Part shown: positions 1 to 10,443 of the stretch, one piece after another | Layout: each line of letters starts with the position of its first letter | Numbering within the stretch: position 1 is the first letter of the stretch | Origin: Bacilli bacterium | GTDB lineage: Bacteria > Bacillota_I > Bacilli_A > RFN20 > CAG-826 | DNA: 64,000 bases | Direction of reading: 5' to 3' | NCBI GenBank assembly: GCA_045628045.1 | Contig: JAZQOV010000002.1 | Coordinates: 96,001 to 160,000 of the forward strand | Translations under genes and position numbers: made by a program | Notes under the pieces: generated by a model | What the model saw: only the letters and a program-made list of their open reading frames with translations | Database searches by the model: none | What the model was told of the DNA's origin: nothing

Positions 1-2
1 AT

Positions 3-2252
3 ACACTTGTAATTGTTGCAACACATGATAAAGAATCTGCAGCAAAAATTGCAGATAAGTTTATTGTTTTGGAAAATGAAAAACTACGAATAATTGAGGG
101 AAATTCCCAGGAAAACACCGATATTTCAGTCTTAGTGAAGAGTAATGAAATTAAAAAGAAGCCAAAAGTTACAACAAGATTTAAACTTCGATTTGCATAT
201 CAAAAAATGAAGGCTAAAAAATACAGAAGTTTGATTCTAAACTTGCTTCTTTCTTTGTCTTTGACTGGCGTTGGTTTATCACTTATTTTAACTAATTCTG
301 TTTCTCAAAAAGTTGAGGAAGCATTTGGAGCAATGTTAAACGGAAATCAGATTGTTGTTTCAAGGCGAAATGAAAACGAAAACACGTTCACTAATACTTA
401 TTCAACTTCTTATAAAAACGTTTACAAAATTTATGAGAAATATCAGTACCTTTTAGATGGCATTGGTGTTAATTACATGGTGAATTTTGAAAATTTCTTC
501 AAAGACAATAATGAATTCTATGCTGAAGGTAAGAATAAAAAAATCCCAATTGAGAGCTTATCCGCTAGAAGTATTAATGATTTTAAGTGGATTCCGCCAG
601 ATAGTCTTATGATGATGTATCCATTTTCGTATGACTATATTGATAATGATCAAATCGTTCTTGCATTGTCTTATGAAGACATGGTTAATTTATGTTTTTC
701 ATTACAAATTCAAAGAAATTATACATCATTAGGACATTTCATTTATGAACAAGGACTAATGCTTTCTTTAAATGTTAGAAATAATTTTTGGCAATATGAC
801 GATGAACAAATATTAAATGTTGTTGCTGTTTGCGAATCAAAAGAAACATTTATTATGCATACAAACTTACTTTGGAATGAATATATGTTTGAAGAAATGA
901 TGAGAATACCTTCTGATGATGACGAAGTTCACGAGTTGCCGTGGGAGATGTATAAAATCTATTATCTTCAATCCAAGGAAGATCCATCAGTATTTATTGA
1001 TGCAACTATCATTGATAAAGATATGAGTACCTACGTTTTTGAACGAACGAACTATAAATACAACTCTTTACTTTGTAAAAGTTACGATGTTTGCGATGCT
1101 AAAAAGATTTATGTTTATTCTACAGATAAGAAAACAATTATGGATGAGAATCTTCAAAACTATTTAGATGCAAACAAAGGTTGTTTAGATTTTTATTACA
1201 CCTCTGACTTTGGTTATGCTTCGTATTCTTCTAATTTATTTTCAGGATTTTCAAGAAATGTATTTCTTTCCACAAACAAAGATTCACTTGATATAGCAAT
1301 TGATGCTGATAATAGAATGGAAAGTGAACAAAATTTTACCTTAAATTTACCTGAAGACGTGGTGCAGGGAAATTTCATGTTATCACTCGCTGGAGGGCTG
1401 AGATTTTCAAGTGATATGACTAAGCTTAAGTATGGAAGAAAACCAACAAATTTAAATGAAATTGTCATATCAAAAGGGCTAGCAGAAAAATACGATAAAG
1501 AGTCACTATTAATCGGAAAATATGTGGAAATTGCCGGGGAAATTGAAGAATATTACGATAGTGAAGACCACTTATGCAAAGTCTATAATTCAACAAAATT
1601 ATTGGTTGTTGGAGTGGTGGAAGAAACAGGCAATTATTTATATCATTCTGGATATTGGACAATCTCATTTTTTAGGGACAAATTAGGTGTTTCAAATTTC
1701 TTACTTATCCCAAAATCTGTTGTCATTGAATATCCAACAAAAAGTGACGCCGAAAAAGGTTATCAAGAATTAAAAAATTTGATTACTGATTATAAAGTTA
1801 TTTCACCAATTGACGATCTAAAGAAAAATATCGAGGTTACATTGGATTATGCAAACACGATTTTAGTTATTTTTTCGGCACTTTCTCTTATTATTTCTGT
1901 TTTATTTCTTGGAACAGTCATAATGCTTAATATCTTAGAAAGCAAAAATGATGTGAGTTTATTTACTGTTCTTGGAATAAGAAAACGCCAAATTGACTCA
2001 ATGTTTGTTATTCAATCATTACTTCAAGGATTAATATCTTTTATAGTAAGTTCTATCGAACTTCTTTTTGTAGATATTTTTCTTTCTTTCGCAATAAATA
2101 AGTCTTTAGGAATTGCATTTAAGTTCTCATTTAATTCAAAACCATTTTTGGTAATTTTCATGTGTTCTGTGCTTGTTCCTTTTTTAGTGACAAAAATAAT
2201 GCTTTTGATATTAAGTGGCAAAAAAAGTCCCAATAAATCGAAAATATTTTAA
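3..2252 (+). CDS. MacB-type ABC transporter ATPase-permease fusion, 5' truncated by window
   Basis: Frame is open from base 3 and reads TLVIVATHD (ABC H-switch), then a TM helix, a periplasmic GRKP..NEIVIS motif and an FtsX-like 3-TM C-terminus. Confidence 0.8.
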   Translation, partial: TLVIVATHDKESAAKIADKFIVLENEKLRIIEGNSQENTDISVLVKSNEIKKKPKVTTRFKLRFAYQKMKAKKYRSLILNLLLSLSLTGVGLSLILTNSVSQKVEEAFGAMLNGNQIVVSRRNENENTFTNTYSTSYKNVYKIYEKYQYLLDGIGVNYMVNFENFFKDNNEFYAEGKNKKIPIESLSARSINDFKWIPPDSLMMMYPFSYDYIDNDQIVLALSYEDMVNLCFSLQIQRNYTSLGHFIYEQGLMLSLNVRNNFWQYDDEQILNVVAVCESKETFIMHTNLLWNEYMFEEMMRIPSDDDEVHELPWEMYKIYYLQSKEDPSVFIDATIIDKDMSTYVFERTNYKYNSLLCKSYDVCDAKKIYVYSTDKKTIMDENLQNYLDANKGCLDFYYTSDFGYASYSSNLFSGFSRNVFLSTNKDSLDIAIDADNRMESEQNFTLNLPEDVVQGNFMLSLAGGLRFSSDMTKLKYGRKPTNLNEIVISKGLAEKYDKESLLIGKYVEIAGEIEEYYDSEDHLCKVYNSTKLLVVGVVEETGNYLYHSGYWTISFFRDKLGVSNFLLIPKSVVIEYPTKSDAEKGYQELKNLITDYKVISPIDDLKKNIEVTLDYANTILVIFSALSLIISVLFLGTVIMLNILESKNDVSLFTVLGIRKRQIDSMFVIQSLLQGLISFIVSSIELLFVDIFLSFAINKSLGIAFKFSFNSKPFLVIFMCSVLVPFLVTKIMLLILSGKKSPNKSKIF

Positions 2253-2322
2253 AAAATATTTGTTTTCATCTAAAGTGTGGTATCATATTTATGCTGGTTA
2301 GTTGTAAATTGAAGGAGTCTGT

Positions 2323-2523
2323 ATGAAGGGTAAAGTAATTAGATTCAACAAAAATAAAGGATTCGGCTTTATCAAATCAGAAGACGGAAAAGATGTCTTT
2401 TTCCATTATTCAGCTTTAGTAATGGAAGGATTCAAAGACATTGCCGTTGAGTCTGACGTTGAATTCGATGTTGAAGAAACCGAAAAAGGTTTACGTGCTG
2501 CAAACGTTAAGAAAATTGACTAA
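2323..2523 (+). CDS. cspA: Cold-shock protein
   Basis: KGFGFI (RNP1) and VFFH (RNP2), 66 aa, RBS GAAGGAG. Confidence 0.95.
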   Translation: MKGKVIRFNKNKGFGFIKSEDGKDVFFHYSALVMEGFKDIAVESDVEFDVEETEKGLRAANVKKID

Positions 2524-2546
2524 TCTGCATTGAAAATTAATTAAAG

Positions 2547-2570
2547 AAAAGCCTTTATTGGCTTTTTTCT
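2547..2570 (+). terminator. Intrinsic terminator
   Basis: AAAAGCC-N6-GGCTTTT then T-run after csp. Confidence 0.6.
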
Positions 2571-2621
2571 TTACTTTGAAAAATAATTAATATATTATAT
2601 TAACCTGTTCGAGGTTAGAAA

Positions 2622-3728
2622 ATGTCACTAAAAGCTGGAATTGTCGGATTACCAAATGTTGGAAAATCAACACTATTTAATGCGATTACAAATTCGCATG
2701 TTGAAGCAGCAAATTATCCATTTGCTACTATTTCACCAAACACTGGTGTTGTTAATGTACCTGATGATAGATTAGATTTTTTAACAAATCTTTTTAATCC
2801 AAAAAGAAAAATTCAAGCAACCTTCGAATTCTATGATATTGCCGGTTTAGTCCGTGGTGCCTCCAAAGGAGAAGGCTTAGGAAATCAATTTCTAGGTCAC
2901 ATTCGTGAGTGCGATGCGATTGTTGAAGTAGTTCGTTGTTTTGACTCTAGTGAAATTATTCACGTTGAAGAATCTGTTGATCCAAAGCGTGATATTGAAA
3001 CAATAAATCTTGAACTTGCGATGGCTGACCTTGCCACTGTTGAAAAAAGAATTGTAGCAGTTGAGAACAAAGCAAGAGTTCAAAAAGACAAAGAATCAGT
3101 TTATGAAATGTCTGTATTAAGTCCTCTTAGAGAAATGCTTTCACAAGGTGAACCTGCAAGAAAAGTTCATTTAAAACCAGAAGATTACGAATTTGCTTTT
3201 AAGCAATATCACCTTTTAACTTTAAAACCTATTATTTATGTCGCAAATGTTTCTGATGCTGATTATTCAAATTTAGAAAATTGCAAATATCTCAAGATTG
3301 TTCAAGAAATTGCAGCAGCAGAACATGCTCAAGTAATTCCTATTTCCTGTGAAATAGAATATGAATTATCATCCCTTCCTAAGGAAGAAAGAATGGAATT
3401 CCTTGCAACTTTAGGTGCAACTGAATCAGGATTAGATAAGGTTATTAAATCAGTTTATAAATTATTAAATTTATCAACATTCTTCACATGTGGAGAAGAT
3501 GAATGTAGAGCATGGACATTCAAAAATGGAATGCTCGCACCTCAATGTGCTGGAATTATTCACACGGATTTTGAAAAAGGATTTATTAAAGCTGAGGTCT
3601 ATTCATTTAAAGATATTTTTGAGCTTAAATCAGAACTTGCTGTTAAAGAAGCAGGCAAGTTAAGAATTGAAGGCAAGGAATACACAATGCAAGATGGCGA
3701 TTGCGTATTCTTCAAGTTTAATGTTTAG
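2622..3728 (+). CDS. ychF: Obg-family ATPase YchF
   Basis: GIVGLPNVGKST, ANYPFATI, DIAGLVRGASKGEGLGNQFL, C-terminal TGS domain. Confidence 0.97.
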   Translation: MSLKAGIVGLPNVGKSTLFNAITNSHVEAANYPFATISPNTGVVNVPDDRLDFLTNLFNPKRKIQATFEFYDIAGLVRGASKGEGLGNQFLGHIRECDAIVEVVRCFDSSEIIHVEESVDPKRDIETINLELAMADLATVEKRIVAVENKARVQKDKESVYEMSVLSPLREMLSQGEPARKVHLKPEDYEFAFKQYHLLTLKPIIYVANVSDADYSNLENCKYLKIVQEIAAAEHAQVIPISCEIEYELSSLPKEERMEFLATLGATESGLDKVIKSVYKLLNLSTFFTCGEDECRAWTFKNGMLAPQCAGIIHTDFEKGFIKAEVYSFKDIFELKSELAVKEAGKLRIEGKEYTMQDGDCVFFKFNV

Positions 3729-3737
3729 GAGTTAACT

Positions 3738-4211
3738 ATGTTAAGAATTGGTTTTTCTGAAGATATTCATCAAAAACAAGCTGGACGCAAACTCGTTTTA
3801 GCAGGAATTGAATTTCCTAATGAAACAGGTCTTTTAGGCCATAGTGATGCTGATGTAGTTACTCATGCAGTTGCTGAATCAATTTTAGGAGCTCTAGCTC
3901 TTGGTGATCTTGGCAAATTCTTTCCGGATAATGATCCAAAGCTTGAAGGCATTTGTTCATTAATCATTCTCGACAAGGTTGTAGCAATGATGGAAGAACG
4001 AGGATTTAGAATTGGGAATATTGATGTACAAGTAGCATGCAAATCACCAAAACTTGCAGAAAAAATCGATGAAATGAAAGCTATGCTTTCTAAACATCTT
4101 AAAACAGATGTTGAAAATGTTTCCGTGAAAGCTTGTTCATATAATGGGGTTGGCCCAATTGGAAAAGGGGAAGCAATCAAAGCATCTTCGTATGTTTTGC
4201 TTGAGAAATAA
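3738..4211 (+). CDS. ispF: 2-C-methyl-D-erythritol 2,4-cyclodiphosphate synthase
   Basis: RIG..DIH, GHSDADV..HA, GDLGKFFPD. Confidence 0.95.
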   Translation: MLRIGFSEDIHQKQAGRKLVLAGIEFPNETGLLGHSDADVVTHAVAESILGALALGDLGKFFPDNDPKLEGICSLIILDKVVAMMEERGFRIGNIDVQVACKSPKLAEKIDEMKAMLSKHLKTDVENVSVKACSYNGVGPIGKGEAIKASSYVLLEK

Positions 4212-4264
4212 ATTTCTCCTTGCTTAGAAAGGTTACCGTCTATATAATAGAGCGTTAAAAAATT

Positions 4265-5890
4265 ATGAATATTGAAGAGACACTTAAAATTAAAATACAA
4301 GATTCACTTAAAAGTGAAGGAATTTCTTTAGATGTAAAAGACATCATTATTGAAAATTCAAAAACACCTGAACATGGCGACTATGCTTCAAACGTTGCTT
4401 TAAAGTTTGCAGGTCGTTTTGGGATGGCTCCAAGAGATTTGGCAGAGAAGATTGCAAAAAATATCGATAAAGAAGTTGTTGAAAAGGTAGAAATTGCAGG
4501 CCCGGGTTTTGTTAATTTCTTTGTGAAGAAAAACGCTATTAACTCCATAGTTTCACAAATTATCTCCTTGGGAGATGACTTTGGTCGTGGAGAAAATAAA
4601 AACAAGAAAATCAATGTTGAATTCGTTTCTGCAAACCCAACAGGTGATTTGCATTTAGGTCACGCTAGATGTGCTGCTGTTGGAGATTCAATTTGTAGAT
4701 TATATGAATTTGCAGGTTACCAAGTAACAAGAGAATTCTATGTTAACAACGCTGGTAATCAGATTCATACATTAGGTTTATCTTTAGACATTCGTTTAAG
4801 ACAACTTTTAGGCGAAAAGATTGAACTTCCAGAAGATAGTTATCATGCTCACGATATCATCGATATCGCTAAGTTATATAATGAAAAACATCCAAATGAA
4901 TACAAAGTTGGTGATGAGGAATCATTCAAAAAACTTCAAAAATTTGGAATGGATGAAGAGCTCGAAAAGATCAAAAGAGATCTTGAACTCTTTAGAGTTA
5001 AATTTGATATTTATTCCTTTGAAACAGATGTTCGTGCAAATAATCACGTTCAAGATGTTTTAGAGAACAAATATGGTAAGTACACTTATCAACAAGATGG
5101 TGCAACTTTCCTTAAAACAACAGACTTCTTAGATGATAAGGACAGAGCAGTTGTTAAATCAGATGGTTCATACACCTATTTAATGCCTGATATTGCTTAC
5201 CATCTTATCAAGTTATCAAGAGGCTATGATAATCTTATTGACGTCTTAGGTGCTGATCACCACGGTTATATTAACCGTATGAAGAGTGCTTTAATGATGC
5301 AAGGTTATTCAAAAAACACTCTTGAGGTTGAACTTGTTCAAGTCGTTAGACTTATCAAAGACGGCGAAGAAGTTAAAATGTCCAAACGTACTGGCGCGGG
5401 CGTAACACTTCGCGAGCTTTGTGAAGATGTTGGTGTTGATGCAGTTAGATATTTCTTTACTGCTCGTGCCGCTTCATCACACTTAGACTTTGATCTTAAT
5501 CTTGCACTTGAACAAAGCTCATCAAACCCAGTCTACTATGCACAATATGCACATGCTAGATTGGCTTCAGTCCTTGAATCTGCAAGCGACATCAAAATTG
5601 ATGAAAGCGCCGCAAATTTAAAAGAGGAATCCGAGACTGAATTACTTAAAAAACTTATGGAATTCCCACATATTATTGAGATTTCTGCCGAAAAACGCGC
5701 TCCTCATATGGTCGCAACTTACATCCAAGAATTAGCAGCAGATATTCATTCTTTCTACACAAATTGTAGACTTATCGACCGCGAAAATCTTGATGTAACA
5801 GAATCTCGATTAGCTTTAGCAAAAGCAGCAAAAATTGTTATGAAAAATGCATTAGGTGTTTTAGGAGTTTCTGCTCCTAGCAAAATGTAA
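4265..5890 (+). CDS. argS: Arginine-tRNA ligase
   Basis: VEFVSANPTGDLHLGH, GADHHGY, KMSKR, YAQYAHAR. Confidence 0.97.
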   Translation: MNIEETLKIKIQDSLKSEGISLDVKDIIIENSKTPEHGDYASNVALKFAGRFGMAPRDLAEKIAKNIDKEVVEKVEIAGPGFVNFFVKKNAINSIVSQIISLGDDFGRGENKNKKINVEFVSANPTGDLHLGHARCAAVGDSICRLYEFAGYQVTREFYVNNAGNQIHTLGLSLDIRLRQLLGEKIELPEDSYHAHDIIDIAKLYNEKHPNEYKVGDEESFKKLQKFGMDEELEKIKRDLELFRVKFDIYSFETDVRANNHVQDVLENKYGKYTYQQDGATFLKTTDFLDDKDRAVVKSDGSYTYLMPDIAYHLIKLSRGYDNLIDVLGADHHGYINRMKSALMMQGYSKNTLEVELVQVVRLIKDGEEVKMSKRTGAGVTLRELCEDVGVDAVRYFFTARAASSHLDFDLNLALEQSSSNPVYYAQYAHARLASVLESASDIKIDESAANLKEESETELLKKLMEFPHIIEISAEKRAPHMVATYIQELAADIHSFYTNCRLIDRENLDVTESRLALAKAAKIVMKNALGVLGVSAPSKM

Positions 5891-5906
5891 GAAAGAAGGT
5901 ATTTTT

Positions 5907-6320
5907 ATGAACGAAAAATCATTAATTGACTTTGGATTTGATGTATTAAATGCATCTAAAGATCCAATTAAGTTCATTGATTTGTTCAATGAAGCAGTCA
6001 AGTTAAGTGGACTTGAACTTTCTGAGCAAGAAAAGAAAGTTAAAATGTCAAAATTCTACACTCAACTTTCACTTGATGGACGTTTTATTACTTTAACAGA
6101 TAATTTCTGGGATTTACGTTCAAGACATGTCTTTGAACAAGTTCACCTTGATATGATTGATGCTTACTCAGATGAGGAAGATGAAGTCGACGAGGAAGAA
6201 GAAAAACTCTTACGTCAAGAACTTGGCGAACAAATCGAAGAACCAGAAGAAGAGTCAGATGAATTAGACTTTGACAAAGTCAAAGATGCTGACGAAGATG
6301 ATGAGGACCCTGTCTTTTAA
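5907..6320 (+). CDS. rpoE: RNA polymerase delta subunit
   Basis: FYTQLSLDGRF...WDLRS motif plus acidic tail; follows argS. Confidence 0.9.
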   Translation: MNEKSLIDFGFDVLNASKDPIKFIDLFNEAVKLSGLELSEQEKKVKMSKFYTQLSLDGRFITLTDNFWDLRSRHVFEQVHLDMIDAYSDEEDEVDEEEEKLLRQELGEQIEEPEEESDELDFDKVKDADEDDEDPVF

Positions 6321-7282
6321 TGAATAAAAACATTAAAGAGATTTTTAAACTCATCAAAAAATACGACACCATAACAATTTACGGTCACATAAATCCAGAT
6401 GGTGATTGTTTTGGTTCAAGTTTAGCTTTAAGAGATATTCTTAGAGATACTTTTCCTAAGAAGAAAATTTACTCACTTGCAGGAAATCTTCCTCAATTTA
6501 AGGAAAGACTTGGAGAATGTGATGTAGTTGATGAAGAAACTATTAAAAATAGTTTAGCTATTATCATAGACTGTTCTGAGGTCGAAAGAGTTTCTGACCA
6601 AAGAATCACTCTTGCAAAGCAAATAATCAAAATTGACCACCACATTGAAAGCAAACCATTCTATGGAATTAAATGGGTTGATGAAGATAGCATTGCCTGT
6701 TGCCAAATGATTGCAGAATTTGCTTTCACACTAAAACTTAAGATTTCTAAGAAATCTGCAGAGTTTATGTACTTAGGAATTTGTACAGATTCAGGTAGAT
6801 TTAGATATCATCCTACAAACTCAAAAACTCATAGAATTGTCGCAAAGCTTTTAGACTTAGGCGTTGAGACAAAATCACTTTTTAGTATTCTTTATCTTTC
6901 AGATGAAGCATACGTTAAATATCAAGCCTTAATTATTTCAAAATTCAAACGCACTGAGCATAACGTTATTTATGCCTTTGCAGACTTTCCTGATTATGAT
7001 CAATTTGGTCTTAAATTTGACCAAATTTCTAAGAATGTAAATATTCTTGGAAATATTAAAGGATGTCCAATTTGGGTTTTATTTACACGTTCAAATGAAA
7101 ACTTTATCAGAGTTGAGTTTAGATCGAACGGGATCAATGTCCAAAAAATTGCTAAGAAGTATGGCGGTGGTGGGCACCTTCATGCTGCAGGCGCAAGACT
7201 TGATAATCAATCTGACTTTGCTTTAGCAATGGAAGTTGTTAAAGATTTAGATAAGGCTGCAGCAGAAGCGGAGAAAGCATAA
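6320..7282 (+). CDS. nrnA: DHH-family oligoribonuclease/pAp phosphatase
   Basis: H.NPDGD, IDHH, TDSGRF, GGGGH..AAG. Confidence 0.9.
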   Translation: MNKNIKEIFKLIKKYDTITIYGHINPDGDCFGSSLALRDILRDTFPKKKIYSLAGNLPQFKERLGECDVVDEETIKNSLAIIIDCSEVERVSDQRITLAKQIIKIDHHIESKPFYGIKWVDEDSIACCQMIAEFAFTLKLKISKKSAEFMYLGICTDSGRFRYHPTNSKTHRIVAKLLDLGVETKSLFSILYLSDEAYVKYQALIISKFKRTEHNVIYAFADFPDYDQFGLKFDQISKNVNILGNIKGCPIWVLFTRSNENFIRVEFRSNGINVQKIAKKYGGGGHLHAAGARLDNQSDFALAMEVVKDLDKAAAEAEKA

Positions 7283-8067
7283 TGTACGAACGTGAACTTG
7301 AAATAGCTTTAAATGCAGTAAATTCTGTTCGTGAATTAATTTTAGATATTTATTATTCCGGTGATTTGGGAGTAGAAATTAAAGATGATAATTCTCCTGT
7401 CACCAAAGCTGATAAAGCTTCAGATAAAAAAATAAGAGAAATTTTAGGAAAGGAATTTCCTTCCTATGCTTTTTTAACTGAAGAATCTATTGATGATAAA
7501 AAACGCCTAAAAAACGATTATGTTTGGATTGTAGATCCTGTTGATGGGACTAAAGAATTTGTTGATCATGATGACGAATTCACCGTGAATATTGGCTTAT
7601 CTTACAAACATAAAGCAGTTTTAGGCGTTATTTTAATTCCAGTTACAGGTGAAATTTATTATGGTGTTGAGGGACTTGGTTCTTTCTATAAGAAAGACAA
7701 GAACTCAAAACCTGTAAAAATTCATTGTAATAACAAAACTAAAGACATCACTATTTTGGTTTCGAAATATCATACGAATGATCTTGAGAAAGCAATGATT
7801 GAAAGACACAAAGATGTTATTAAGAACATTGTTTCTTTGGGCGCAACAATTAAGGGATGTAAAATCGCCCAAGGTGAAGCCGAAATGTCTTGTAGATATA
7901 CCTCAAATACAAAAGAATGGGACACTTGTGCTATGCAAGCAATTGTGGAGCAAGCCGGTGGTTTTGTTTTGAAGTTTGATGGTACTCCAATCTGTTATAA
8001 CCGCGAAGATGTTTATAACAGAGATGGATATATTATTTGCAACACGAAAGAAAATTTTTTAATATAA
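7282..8067 (+). CDS. cysQ: 3'(2'),5'-bisphosphate nucleotidase / inositol monophosphatase family
   Basis: K.DNSPVTKAD, TEE, WIVDPVDGTKEF, EWDTCA. Confidence 0.85.
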   Translation: MYERELEIALNAVNSVRELILDIYYSGDLGVEIKDDNSPVTKADKASDKKIREILGKEFPSYAFLTEESIDDKKRLKNDYVWIVDPVDGTKEFVDHDDEFTVNIGLSYKHKAVLGVILIPVTGEIYYGVEGLGSFYKKDKNSKPVKIHCNNKTKDITILVSKYHTNDLEKAMIERHKDVIKNIVSLGATIKGCKIAQGEAEMSCRYTSNTKEWDTCAMQAIVEQAGGFVLKFDGTPICYNREDVYNRDGYIICNTKENFLI

Positions 8068-8083
8068 AAAAGGAGAACAAATT

Positions 8084-9664
8084 ATGAAAAAGAAATTATT
8101 TATCCTTCCTCTTATCTCTTTACTTACATTAAGTGGATGTAAAGACAAAAAGAAAGAACCATTAGTAATTCCTAATGTTGATGTTGAAAACATCACTTTA
8201 AATCTTCCTGAATTACCAACTTATAATACAGGTGATATTAGAAGTGATGGAACTTATGATTACATTGATCTTTATGAATTTTCTGACTTCCATGGTGCAG
8301 TTAACTATGAAGATCACTCAAGTGGAACTTATTTAGGTCTTAAAAAGCTTGCAACTTATCTTGATGAAAAACGTTCACAAAATGAAGGCGGAACTTTAGT
8401 TCTTTCTTCTGGCGATATGTTCCAAGGTTCTGCAGACTCTAACCTAACACGTGGTTACTTAGTAAATTACTGTATGAATTACATGGGATTTGATGCTATG
8501 GCAGTCGGAAACCATGAGTTTGACTGGACTGAAGAATGGCTTAAAAAGAATGCTGAACTTAAGTACAACACTAGCTCAGTTCCATTCCTTGGCGCTAACA
8601 TTAAAAAAGGTGATGCAATGCCAGAATACTTGAAAAAATCCGTGGTTATTGAACGCGGAGAATACAAAATTGGTGTGATTGGAGTCATTGGTTCATCACT
8701 TGAAAGTTCAATTTTAAAGAGTGCTATCGCTGGCTTTGAATTTGTTCCTTATGGCGACATTGTTACTGAAGAAGCAGCACGTCTAAGAGCAGAAGAAGAT
8801 TGTAATGCCGTTGTTTTGCTTGCACATGATCAAGCAGATGCGATTGAATTATTCACTGGTGTTGATGCCATCTTTGGTGGACACGCACACCAAAACTTCC
8901 CAGGCAGTATTCAAAATGGTGCGCCTTCACTTGCAACTAAAAACTATGGACAATCTGTTGCTCATATCGAATTAAAGTTTGATAAGGTTACAAAAGAATG
9001 TAATGTTGATACATATGGACTTGAATCATTTGGACAATCAGATTCTTCAATTGCAGATAATGCTGGGATTTCCAACATTATTGGTCAATATGAACCAGAA
9101 ATTAATAAAATTAAAAACATTAAATTAGGTAGTGCAGATGAAGAACTTGCTTACGATAAAGCATTAAAGAATATCTGCACTGAAACAATGTTTGAATCTG
9201 CTAAAAACTCTGCAGCATCACTTGAGGTTGATGCAAGTAAGATTGTTTGTGCAGTTACAAACTACGAAGGTGGAATTAGAGATAACATCAAAGCAGGTGA
9301 AATCACCTATGGTGATGTTTATAAATGTTTCCCATTTGATAATGAAGTTGTTTTAATTAAAGTTAAAGGTTCATACATTAAGTCTAATTTAACAAAGATT
9401 AATCAACTCGCTATTTACCGTGTCTTTGATAAGAAGTCCTACTTTGTAGATAGCGAAGACTATTACATGGTTACAACCGATTATCTTGCAACCGCAGACC
9501 AATTCGCTCCATTTGGAGTATTTACAGAAGCAGATTTAATCTTCTCTGGAAAAATTGTCCGTGATGAAGTTGCACAAAAAATCTATGATATTGGAAGTAT
9601 TGTTAATAGTAGTTACGATACAGTTCAATTACCGTTTAAACCACTTCCAATGATTTGGTATTAA
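8084..9664 (+). CDS. Lipoprotein 5'-nucleotidase / bifunctional metallophosphatase
   Basis: Lipobox LSGC; DFHG, GD, GNHEFD, GGHAH, GGIR, FPFDN. Confidence 0.9.
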   Translation: MKKKLFILPLISLLTLSGCKDKKKEPLVIPNVDVENITLNLPELPTYNTGDIRSDGTYDYIDLYEFSDFHGAVNYEDHSSGTYLGLKKLATYLDEKRSQNEGGTLVLSSGDMFQGSADSNLTRGYLVNYCMNYMGFDAMAVGNHEFDWTEEWLKKNAELKYNTSSVPFLGANIKKGDAMPEYLKKSVVIERGEYKIGVIGVIGSSLESSILKSAIAGFEFVPYGDIVTEEAARLRAEEDCNAVVLLAHDQADAIELFTGVDAIFGGHAHQNFPGSIQNGAPSLATKNYGQSVAHIELKFDKVTKECNVDTYGLESFGQSDSSIADNAGISNIIGQYEPEINKIKNIKLGSADEELAYDKALKNICTETMFESAKNSAASLEVDASKIVCAVTNYEGGIRDNIKAGEITYGDVYKCFPFDNEVVLIKVKGSYIKSNLTKINQLAIYRVFDKKSYFVDSEDYYMVTTDYLATADQFAPFGVFTEADLIFSGKIVRDEVAQKIYDIGSIVNSSYDTVQLPFKPLPMIWY

Positions 9665-9670
9665 AAAAAT

Positions 9671-9694
9671 AAGCATCCATCTGGATGCTTTTTT
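9671..9694. terminator. Bidirectional terminator between convergent genes
   Basis: AAGCATCCA-TC-TGGATGCTT flanked by A and T runs. Confidence 0.7.
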
Positions 9695-9695
9695 C

Positions 9696-9944
9696 TTATT
9701 TCTTTTCAGGCATTTGGCTTGCGAGTTTAACAGCGATTACGCCTGGAACTTCTTCTTGAAGAATTATTTCAATTCCATCAGAGATTGTATTATCAATCAT
9801 GATACAATCCTCGCACGCGCCTTTCATATTTATATAAACAATTCCATCAATAAAGTCGACAAATTCAACGTCTCCTCCATCTCTTTGGATAAAAGGACGA
9901 ACTTTGTCTAATGTTTCCTTAATTAACTTAATTGTGTCTTCCAT
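9696..9944 (-). CDS. NifU-like (Nfu) Fe-S scaffold
   Basis: VRPFIQRDGGDVE, GACEDC (CxxC). Confidence 0.9.
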   Translation of the reverse strand: MEDTIKLIKETLDKVRPFIQRDGGDVEFVDFIDGIVYINMKGACEDCIMIDNTISDGIEIILQEEVPGVIAVKLASQMPEKK

Positions 9945-10004
9945 AAGCAAGCAATATTATATTCCTTTCATTTATTAAATCAATAAATGTGTTATTATTT
10001 AAAT

Positions 10005-10400
10005 ATGCAAAAAAGACGTAGTAATGAATTTAAATTAACAGTGTCTCATTATAAGATTCTTCAAACTGTTAATGAACTTAATAAAGTTAAGAAATATCCA
10101 ACTGCTAAAGGAATCAATAATATTTTACAAGGTAAACTCGATCCAGAAACTCGTAAATATATTGATTTAAAAACATTTGGAACACTTCTTTCTTATCCAG
10201 GAAGAAGACTTTGTTCTTACATTCTTAACATGGTAAGAAGAGGTTATTTATCTTATATCTATGATAAGGTGAGCGATGATATGTATTTAAGAGTTACCGA
10301 GAAAGGTGAACTTGAAGTGTTTAATTTTGAAAGAAAACACAAGAATGAATACACTCACAAAGAGCCTCACAGAAAAGCTCAGATTGTAGAGATAAAATAA
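10005..10400 (+). CDS. RQC-like winged-helix protein
   Basis: INNILQG...TFGTL...GYL...LRVTEKG resembles the RecQ RQC domain; start placed 6 nt after TATTAT. Confidence 0.55.
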   Translation: MQKRRSNEFKLTVSHYKILQTVNELNKVKKYPTAKGINNILQGKLDPETRKYIDLKTFGTLLSYPGRRLCSYILNMVRRGYLSYIYDKVSDDMYLRVTEKGELEVFNFERKHKNEYTHKEPHRKAQIVEIK

Positions 10401-10425
10401 AAAGTCATCAGTACGATGACTTTTT
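10398..10425. terminator. Bidirectional terminator
   Basis: AAAAAGTCATC-N5-GATGACTTTTT between convergent genes. Confidence 0.7.
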
Positions 10426-10443
10426 ATTTAATTAATTCATTAA

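Noticed and set aside
4212-4264. T-box leader for argS
   Set aside because: Only about 50 nt intergenic and no T-box consensus
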